Below are positions 57,496 to 64,000 of a stretch of 64,000 nucleotides of DNA, one piece after another. The stretch lies in contig CASEIX010000023.1 of assembly GCA_949288095.1 (NCBI GenBank), positions 9,977 to 73,976 on the forward strand, in the 5' to 3' direction. The translations under genes were made by a program, and so were the position numbers. This DNA comes from an uncultured Eubacteriales bacterium. Lineage in GTDB: Bacteria > Bacillota > Clostridia > TANB77 > CAG-508. The stretch's first letter is position 1. Each line of letters starts with the position of its first letter. The notes under the pieces were generated by a model. That model was not told the DNA's origin. It worked only from the letters and a program-made list of their open reading frames with translations, and did not search any database.

Positions 57496-58572
57496 ATGGA
57501 AAAGGGTGGAATAAAAATTTTAATTGCCATATTAGTTGTTTTAATTATTGTAGCAGGTGTTGTATTAGCCTATAAAATTACACAAGATAAAAATAATACA
57601 GAAACAATATCTGGTGAAGAAAATAAGGAAACAGTAGCAGTAGAAGAAAAGACAGTACAAATATTTAGTGGAAATGACAGACCATTTGCAGTTATGATTG
57701 ATAATCATAGTGATGCTTGGCCACAAGCTGGATTGAATCAAGCATATATGGTGTATGAAATTATTGTAGAAGGTGGAGAAACTAGATTAATGGCTTTATT
57801 TAAAGGTGTTGATTTAGATAAAATAGGACCAGTAAGAAGTGCTAGACATTATTTCATAGATTATGCAATGGAAAATGATGCCATTTATGTACATTTTGGA
57901 CAAAGTCCACAAGCTCAAAGTGATATAAAGAAATTTAGTATTAATGATATTAATGGTATAGCAGAAGATGGAACAACTTTCTGGAGAGTAAAAGATAAAT
58001 ATGCACCACATAATGCAGTAACAAGTATAGAAAAATTATTAGAATCAGCAAAAAGTAAAAATTATAGAACAACATCAACAGAAAAAAGTCTGTTAAATTA
58101 TGTGACAGATGAAGTGAATTTAGAAGATGGGCAAGTTGCTGATACAATCACAATACCACATTCAGATTTACAAACTGTAACATATGAATATGATAAAGAA
58201 AATAAAGTATATGTAAGATATGCAAGAAGAGAAGAACAAACTGATTGGGATACAGATGAACCTGTAACAACAAAAAATATTATCATTACATTCTGTAATA
58301 ACTATACTTTATCAGATTCAGAGAATAAAGGTAGACAAGGGTTAAAAAATATAGGAACATTTGATGGATACTATATTACGAACGGAAGAGCTATCAAAAT
58401 TCAATGTATCAAAAATGCAAGAGATGAAAAAACAATTTATCAAGATATGAACGGAAATGAAATTCAAGTAAATGATGGAAATACATTTGTCAATATATGT
58501 CCAACAAATGCAGATGTAGAAATTGAAGGGACAGAAGAAGTAACTGGAACAACAAATACAGTGAACGAATAG
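57496..58572 (+). CDS. DUF3048-family (YerB-like) membrane-anchored protein
   Basis: TM anchor and blocks PFAVMIDNHSDAWPQAGLNQAYMVYE and EGGETRLMALF. Confidence 0.7.
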   Translation: MEKGGIKILIAILVVLIIVAGVVLAYKITQDKNNTETISGEENKETVAVEEKTVQIFSGNDRPFAVMIDNHSDAWPQAGLNQAYMVYEIIVEGGETRLMALFKGVDLDKIGPVRSARHYFIDYAMENDAIYVHFGQSPQAQSDIKKFSINDINGIAEDGTTFWRVKDKYAPHNAVTSIEKLLESAKSKNYRTTSTEKSLLNYVTDEVNLEDGQVADTITIPHSDLQTVTYEYDKENKVYVRYARREEQTDWDTDEPVTTKNIIITFCNNYTLSDSENKGRQGLKNIGTFDGYYITNGRAIKIQCIKNARDEKTIYQDMNGNEIQVNDGNTFVNICPTNADVEIEGTEEVTGTTNTVNE

Positions 58573-58588
58573 AAAGGATGTGTAAATT

Positions 58589-58921
58589 ATGAATGTATAT
58601 GATACAGCAAATAGGTTAGCAGCAGAAATAAAACAATCAGAAGAATATGTAAATTATAAAATGGCTAGAGAAGCATTGGCATTAAATCCTGATTTAAAAA
58701 AGAAGATTGGTGAATTTGAAGTTGCAAGATATGAAGCACAACTAACACAAATGCAAACAGGAAAAGAAGATGTAGAAAAAACAAATAAAATGAAAGAATT
58801 ATATGCAGAATTAATACAAATAGATGAGGCAAAAAAATATTTTGATGCGGAAATGAAATTTAATATTTTATTGACAGATGTGAATAAAATTATTGGTGAG
58901 GCTGTAAGAGATTTTATGTAA
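58589..58921 (+). CDS. YlbF/YmcA-family regulatory protein
   Basis: Small helical protein starting VYDTANRLAAEIKQSEEY..YK, typical of this family. Confidence 0.7.
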   Translation: MNVYDTANRLAAEIKQSEEYVNYKMAREALALNPDLKKKIGEFEVARYEAQLTQMQTGKEDVEKTNKMKELYAELIQIDEAKKYFDAEMKFNILLTDVNKIIGEAVRDFM

Positions 58922-59090
58922 TAACAGTAGCCTCATGTATAAGAAGAACATATTTTAAAGCAAAGCTAATACATGTAGGATGATGGAAATCTTATAAGTA
59001 TTAGCTTTATTTAAAATTAGGATTTTTAATAGTATAGGATTTTTTAAAAGAAAATTAATCTAAATGTGTAGAGAGAAAGGAATAGAAAAA

Positions 59091-59780
59091 ATGGAGTTTG
59101 CAATCATTATTACTTTTTTAGTTTGTATCATAATCATTTTAAGAATTTTATTTGGAAGTAGCAAAAAACAAATTGAAACAATAGCTAAACAAGAAACACT
59201 AGATGAATTGGCAAAAAAGTATCCAGATAATATAGATATTTGTAAGGAATATTTAAACATGTTACATAATGAAAATGTTAAAGTAGAAGAAGATAAAAAT
59301 GCAACAAATTCATTATATATTGCATTATCAAATAAAATTATTATTGCAGATGTAAAAGAAAGTTATACAAGAATACAAACAATCGCACATGAATGTTTAC
59401 ATTCAATTCAAGATAGAAAGATATTAGTATTTAATTTTATATATTCAAATCTATATATACTATATTTTCTGATAATATCTATTTTAAAACTATTTAATAT
59501 ACTGCCATATGAAATGATGTTTTTGGCAATTTTAATTGTGGGTGGTTTTATTTATTATTTTGTAAGAAGTTACTTAGAAAATGATGCCATGATAAAAGCA
59601 AGATTTTTAGCAAAGGATTACATGGAATACAAAAAAATATCTTCACAAGAAGAAATTGATGAAATAGTAGGTCAATTTGATAAACTTAATGATGTGGGAA
59701 TTAGAACTGTTAATTACATGCTATTGTTAACGGTGATGATACAAATCATTATTTTTTGTGGTATATGCATAATAAGATAA
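59091..59780 (+). CDS. Membrane protein with an HExxH motif (putative zinc metalloprotease)
   Basis: ATG at 59091. N-terminal TM segment, the motif AHECLHS, and further TM segments. Confidence 0.5.
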   Translation: MEFAIIITFLVCIIIILRILFGSSKKQIETIAKQETLDELAKKYPDNIDICKEYLNMLHNENVKVEEDKNATNSLYIALSNKIIIADVKESYTRIQTIAHECLHSIQDRKILVFNFIYSNLYILYFLIISILKLFNILPYEMMFLAILIVGGFIYYFVRSYLENDAMIKARFLAKDYMEYKKISSQEEIDEIVGQFDKLNDVGIRTVNYMLLLTVMIQIIIFCGICIIR

Positions 59781-59865
59781 CATTAGTCACTGCTCAGACC
59801 TAGGTAATCTTCCAGGGATGATACGTTATATTTTTGAACAAATGGTATAAAACCTTAAAAAAATA

Positions 59866-59905
59866 TTGCAATATTCAATGTTTGCATATATAATATAAAC
59901 ATTGA
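59866..59905 (+). promoter_or_regulatory. Promoter with an overlapping inverted repeat (candidate TetR operator)
   Basis: TTGCAA (59866..59871)-N17-TATAAT (59889..59894). The inverted repeat TCAATGTTT (59875..59883) / AAACATTGA (59897..59905) brackets the -10 element. Confidence 0.5.
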
Positions 59906-59933
59906 TATATCATGTTGAAAGGATGTTTAGAAA

Positions 59934-60503
59934 ATGAACAAAACCAAAAGAAAAATTTTTGAAACATCAATGAAATTATTCGCCGAAAAAGGATATGATG
60001 CGACTAGTATTGAAGAAATTACTGCAACAGTGGGTGTAGCCAAAGGAACTTTGTATTATCATTTTTCGAGTAAAGAAGAAATTTTCAATTTTTTAATTGA
60101 AGAAGGAATGAAATTACTCCAAAATAGTATTGATATTAAGACAGCAAAATATGATAATTACATAGATAAGTTAAAAGCAGTAGTATTGATCCAAATTAAA
60201 ATTGTTATGAAATATGAAGATTTGATAACCATTTTATTGAGTCAATTTTGGGGAAATGAAGCAAGAAACCAAAAGTGTAAACAACATATTTATGAATATA
60301 TTAAAAAAATTGAAGAAATCGTTAAAGAAGGTATTGAAAAAAAACAAATCAAACAAGGAAATCCAAAAGTGATTGCATCCGAAATTTATGGATTGATTTG
60401 TTCAACATTGGTATACAAATTAAGAAATGAAAAAGAAATTGATATTATGAATTTATATAAAGAATTTGAAAATACGGTAATAGAAGGACTAAAAATTAAA
60501 TAG
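59934..60503 (+). CDS. TetR/AcrR-family transcriptional regulator
   Basis: HTH block GYDATSIEEITATVGVAKGTLYYHF. Confidence 0.85.
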   Translation: MNKTKRKIFETSMKLFAEKGYDATSIEEITATVGVAKGTLYYHFSSKEEIFNFLIEEGMKLLQNSIDIKTAKYDNYIDKLKAVVLIQIKIVMKYEDLITILLSQFWGNEARNQKCKQHIYEYIKKIEEIVKEGIEKKQIKQGNPKVIASEIYGLICSTLVYKLRNEKEIDIMNLYKEFENTVIEGLKIK

Positions 60504-60517
60504 ATGGGAGAAAGAAA

Positions 60518-62239
60518 ATGAGAGAGCCAATACATGAATTTATGAAATTTACAGATTTAAGAGATATGTTAGAAAAGTCTGAAAAACTTTATGGAGATAG
60601 ACCAGCTTATGTATTTAAAACAGAGGAAGAAGGAAAATTTAGAGAAATTACACATAAAGAATTTAGGAATGATGTAAAAGCATTAGGAACAAAATTAGTC
60701 AATATGGGACTAAAAGACAAAAGAGTTGCAGTTATATCAGAAAATAGATATGAATGGGGAATTGTTTATTTAGCTGTTGTAAATGGGACTGGTATTATTG
60801 TTCCATTAGACAAATCTTTACCAGAAAATGAAATAGAAAGTTTAATGATTCGTTCAGAAGTAGAAGCCATTGTATATTCTGAAAAATATAATGATGTTAT
60901 GAACAAAATTAGAAAAGAAAATACAACAAAAGTAAAATATTTTATTTCCATGGATTTAGAAAAAGAAGAAGATGGTGTATACTCTGAATCTGAATTAATA
61001 AAACAAGGAAAAGAATTATTAGAAGAAGGAAATAGAGAATTTTTAGATGCCAAAATTGATGCAGAAAAGATGTCTATTATGTTATTTACATCAGGAACAA
61101 CAGCTATGTCAAAAGCAGTTATGTTATCACATAAAAATATATGTGCCAATTTAATGGATATTACATCTGTTTTAAGAATTTATGATACAGATAGATTTTT
61201 ATCTTTCTTACCATTGCATCATACATTTGAATGTACAACTGGATTTTTATACCCATTATCAAGAGGTTCTTCAATTGCATTTTGTGAAGGAATTAGACAT
61301 ATAGCAGATAATTTAAAAGAATATAAAGCAAGTGTCATGGTTTCTGTTCCAATTTTATTTGAAGCCATGTATAAAAAAGTAATGAAAACAATTGAGAAAA
61401 AAGGTAAACTAAAAAGTATACAAAAAGGAATTAAAATTAGTCAATTCCTATTAAAATTTGGAATAGATATTAGAAAAAAATTATTTAAAGAAATTCATGA
61501 AACATTAGGTGGAAATATAAGAGTATTTGTAGCAGGAGGAGCTGCACTTGATCCAGAAACAGAAAAAGGATTTAATGAACTAGGATTTACATTATACCAA
61601 GGATATGGTCTAACAGAAAGCTCACCAGTTATTTCAGTAGAAGATGATAAATATCAAAGATTAGGTTCTATCGGAAAAGCTTTCCCAAGCTTAGATGTTA
61701 AGATAGATGATCCTAACGAAGAAGGGATTGGAGAACTATTAGTCAAAGGTCCATCTGTTATGCTTGGATATTATAATAATGAAGAAGCGACAAAAGAAAC
61801 CATTACAGAAGATGGATGGTTACATACAGGAGATTTGGCAAAAATAGATAAAGATGATTTTATTTTTATTTCAGGAAGAAAGAAATTTGTGATTGTCTTA
61901 AAAAATGGAAAAAACATTTATCCAGAAGAAATAGAAGCATTAATTAATAAAATAGAAGGGATAAAAGAATCTTTTGTTTATGGAAAACCAGAAGAGGATG
62001 GAGATTATAAAATATGTGCAAAAATTGTATATGATGAAGAACTAGTTGAAGAAATATATGGAACAAAAGATCCAGAACAATTAAAAGAAAAAATCTGGCA
62101 AGAAGTTAAGAAAATGAATAAATCAATGCCAGCCTATAAATATGTAAGAGAAATTAGTGTAACCAATAAAGAACTAATCAAAACAACAACACAAAAAGTA
62201 AAAAGATTTGAAGAAATTAAAACAGTATTAGCAGAATAA
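60518..62239 (+). CDS. AMP-dependent synthetase / long-chain-fatty-acid--CoA ligase
   Basis: AMP-binding motif FTSGTTAMSKAV, plus the GYGLTE, TGD and GRKK blocks. Confidence 0.85.
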   Translation: MREPIHEFMKFTDLRDMLEKSEKLYGDRPAYVFKTEEEGKFREITHKEFRNDVKALGTKLVNMGLKDKRVAVISENRYEWGIVYLAVVNGTGIIVPLDKSLPENEIESLMIRSEVEAIVYSEKYNDVMNKIRKENTTKVKYFISMDLEKEEDGVYSESELIKQGKELLEEGNREFLDAKIDAEKMSIMLFTSGTTAMSKAVMLSHKNICANLMDITSVLRIYDTDRFLSFLPLHHTFECTTGFLYPLSRGSSIAFCEGIRHIADNLKEYKASVMVSVPILFEAMYKKVMKTIEKKGKLKSIQKGIKISQFLLKFGIDIRKKLFKEIHETLGGNIRVFVAGGAALDPETEKGFNELGFTLYQGYGLTESSPVISVEDDKYQRLGSIGKAFPSLDVKIDDPNEEGIGELLVKGPSVMLGYYNNEEATKETITEDGWLHTGDLAKIDKDDFIFISGRKKFVIVLKNGKNIYPEEIEALINKIEGIKESFVYGKPEEDGDYKICAKIVYDEELVEEIYGTKDPEQLKEKIWQEVKKMNKSMPAYKYVREISVTNKELIKTTTQKVKRFEEIKTVLAE

Positions 62240-62471
62240 AATAAACAAAGCAGAATTTTTATTCTGCTTTAAACATTATATATAGAATACTACGGAATCA
62301 ACGAATTTGACCAAAAAGCAAAGAAACAAGAAAATGTTACAAAATTGTAATACTTTTGTAACAAAAACTTAAAGAAAAAATCTTCCGTTAGTATTGTAGT
62401 TTTTTGTAGGTTAATGTATAATTATAATTGTATAAAAACATATGCTTAAGATAAAAAAGGAGGTAATTTAC

Positions 62472-63323
62472 ATGTCTAAATCTGGCATAGTAAATGTGAG
62501 AATGGTTATCACTGAGGAGAAAATATTATCAAATATAGATAAAGTACATAAGCTTATCAATCCAAACAGTAAAAAACAAATTGTACAATTAGAAGATGAT
62601 TCTTATTTCAAAGATTTAATAGAATCTATCAAAACATATTTAATTGAATATCCAAAAAAGAAAAATTTTCCAATAAGTGTATATAAGGCTGCTTATGGAT
62701 TAGTTGAATATGCTACAAATCAATTTGAGGAAAATACAAAAAAGATTGAGGAATTGATTAGACAAAGAGAACAAAATATAGCTTTATCAGGAAAATTGAA
62801 AGAATTAATTGATGTTGTAGATAATAAACAAAAAGATTGGAAAGATCAAGTAAAAAAAGCAGAAGATGAATTTCCAGAAGATATTATTGATACTTTAAAT
62901 ATTGTTGGAAAATCTAAAGGAAAAAAATCTCAAAATTATCAAGATGCTATGAAACTATTAAATGCTAGAGTAACAAATCTAGAATCTAATTTACATATAG
63001 AAATTGATATGGAAAGAATAGAAGATAGATCAAAAGCATTAAGTTATATAGGAATTGAAGTAGCAGATGCATTGAAATCTATTCCAACACCAGTAGAAGA
63101 AACAACCCCAGCAGTAGAACAAGTACAAGAAGAACAAAATGTACAACAAGTAAATGTAGCTGAACAACAATATCAACAAGCTGTAACATTTGAAGCAAAA
63201 CCAAGCTTATGGCAAAGAATTAAAAACAGTAAAATTGTAAGAGCAATTAGATATATTACAAAAATTAGAATTGTTATACAATATCCAGCATTACCAGAAG
63301 GTAAAGGTTCAGATAACTATTAA
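62472..63323 (+). CDS. Hypothetical protein (283 aa) with a coiled-coil-like middle and a Gln-rich segment
   Basis: ATG at 62472 after AAAAGGAGG. No recognisable motif. Confidence 0.6.
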   Translation: MSKSGIVNVRMVITEEKILSNIDKVHKLINPNSKKQIVQLEDDSYFKDLIESIKTYLIEYPKKKNFPISVYKAAYGLVEYATNQFEENTKKIEELIRQREQNIALSGKLKELIDVVDNKQKDWKDQVKKAEDEFPEDIIDTLNIVGKSKGKKSQNYQDAMKLLNARVTNLESNLHIEIDMERIEDRSKALSYIGIEVADALKSIPTPVEETTPAVEQVQEEQNVQQVNVAEQQYQQAVTFEAKPSLWQRIKNSKIVRAIRYITKIRIVIQYPALPEGKGSDNY

Positions 63324-63449
63324 AATAAAATAGAAGGAGTTAGCCTAATAACTAACTCCTTTAATAAGTATAAAAGAAAAATAAAAATATATCTTAGACT
63401 AAAAGTAGCGAATAATTAGTAAGAAATTATAGGAATTTGAAAAAATGTC

Positions 63450-63478
63450 TTGACAACTAAATGAAAATAGTTTATACT
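63450..63478 (+). promoter_or_regulatory. Promoter of the tRNA gene pair
   Basis: TTGACA-N17-TATACT, about 20 nt upstream of the first tRNA. Confidence 0.6.
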
Positions 63479-63498
63479 TTAACTTGCGTTAGGAAAAC

Positions 63499-63575
63499 GC
63501 TCCCTTAGCTCAGTTGGTCAGAGCAACCGGCTCATAACCGGTGGGTCCAAGGTTCGAATCCTTGAGGGAGCACCA
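63499..63575 (+). tRNA. tRNA with a CAU anticodon (elongator Met or lysidine-dependent Ile2; the loop CUCAUAA and the body look Ile2-like), CCA encoded
   Basis: Cloverleaf: acceptor GCTCCCT/AGGGAGC, D arm GCTC..GAGC, anticodon stem ACCGG/CCGGT with loop CTCATAA, T arm CAAGG-TTCGAAT-CCTTG, and a 3' ACCA. It is not initiator-like: positions 1 and 72 are paired, and the anticodon stem has no three consecutive GC pairs. Confidence 0.85.
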
Positions 63576-63585
63576 TTATACATAT

Positions 63586-63896
63586 GGGTAGGTGGCCGAG
63601 TGGCTAAAGGCGGCAGACTGTGGTCTTTGGTTAATCAAAACCTAAACTTGCAGCTCATATAAGTGATTATATGATGAACACCGGGCTAATTCGGGGAACT
63701 CTTAACAGTTAGGCTGATGACAATCCCGAGCTAGGAAAGAAATTTCCGAGTGTAGAGACTTTATACCTGGTATCTTGAAAAAGATAAAGAGAAAGTCCAG
63801 ACTACAAACATAATATAATTATGGTAGTGAAAACTATAGTAGTAAGAAATCTGTTCTCATTTGAGTACGAAGGTTCGAATCCTTCCCTGCCCACCA
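63586..63896 (+). tRNA. tRNA-Tyr(GUA), class II, interrupted in the anticodon loop by a group I intron (exons 63586..63621 and 63847..63896)
   Basis: The joined exons read GGGTAGGTGGCCGAGTGGCTAAAGGCGGCAGACTGT|AAATCTGTTCTCATTTGAGTACGAAGGTTCGAATCCTTCCCTGCCCACCA. Acceptor GGGTAGG/CCTGCCC, anticodon stem GCAGA/TCTGT, loop CTGTAAA, long variable arm CTCA-TT-TGAG, T arm GAAGG/CCTTC, and an encoded CCA. Confidence 0.85.
63622..63846 (+). ncRNA. Group I intron (IC3-like, ORF-less, 225 nt)
   Basis: The 5' exon ends in U and the intron ends in G. Helices: P3 ACCGGG (63680..85) / CCTGGT (63766..71); P4 TCGGG (63691..95) / CCCGA (63725..29); P6 GGAAA-GAAA-TTTCC (63734..47); P7 GACTT (63757..61) / AAGTC (63793..97); P8 ATCTT-GAAA-AAGAT (63772..85). 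Conserved strings GTGTAGAGACT and TAAAGAGAAAGTCCA closely resemble the Azoarcus and Anabaena tRNA introns. There is an extra hairpin with a GTGA loop at 63655..63674. Confidence 0.8.
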
Positions 63897-64000
63897 AGAC
63901 GAGTTTTTGTCGAACTCTCTGTAATGCTTGATATAACTTGATTTCAAGATTATAAGAATTTGACAACACAAAAACTTTAAACCGTTTCAAAAAAGAAGCG

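Noticed and set aside
63802-63990. A 62-aa ORF on the minus strand.
   Set aside because: It overlaps the 3' part of the group I intron and exon 2 of tRNA-Tyr. The RNA gene explains the sequence conservation.
1-64000. CRISPR arrays, rRNA genes, intact IS elements or transposases, integrases, prophage blocks, restriction-modification systems or other known defence operons.
   Set aside because: No regularly spaced direct repeats and no recognisable recombinase, Cas, methylase-endonuclease or phage structural motifs were found by reading the ORF translations and the intergenic regions.

Overview
This is a very AT-rich chromosomal segment from a spore-forming Firmicute, probably Clostridia-like. 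All calls come from motif recognition by eye; no database search was possible.

Gene content is mostly housekeeping:
- Sporulation and cell-wall genes: cwlD, pdaA/pdaB-like deacetylases, yqfC, yqfD, bofA, yaaL, a BofC-like gene, and an NlpC/P60 hydrolase.
- RNA modification: rluD, rluB, truA, a RluA-family gene, ybeY, and a SAM-dependent methyltransferase.
- Metabolism and envelope: glmS with its ribozyme leader, hpt, pdp, pgsA, lspA, and a fatty-acid-CoA ligase with a TetR regulator.
- DNA, proteolysis and signalling: uvrC, rnhB, comEC, clpE, htrA, cdaA, and a REC-GGDEF regulator.
- An NitT/TauT-type ABC transporter.
- An agr-type quorum-sensing locus (agrB, an unannotated agrD, and convergent agrC/agrA-like genes).

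No CRISPR array, rRNA, intact IS element, prophage block or recognisable defence operon was seen.

Items worth a second look:
1. A class II tRNA-Tyr(GUA) gene split in its anticodon loop by a compact 225-nt ORF-less group I (IC3-like) intron.
2. Two tandem, collinear ~950-aa paralogs (38199..43989) with no domains I recognise.
3. A GC-rich, promoter-to-terminator ~350-nt unit next to the glmS leader. It has many perfect helices and an embedded 34-codon acidic ORF.
4. Two long intergenic hairpin elements (4192..4413 and 9225..9393) that share short motifs.
5. A Cys/Asn-rich repeat-tailed membrane protein, followed by a perfect 39-bp-stem palindrome and an ArsP_2-like permease.
6. An orphan membrane-anchored type-IV-coupling-protein-like ATPase.
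7. Two +1 frameshifts (cwlD, comEC) with the same local sequence signature.
8. A GC-anomalous islet of small membrane-protein genes plus an orphan HicB-like antitoxin downstream of uvrC.
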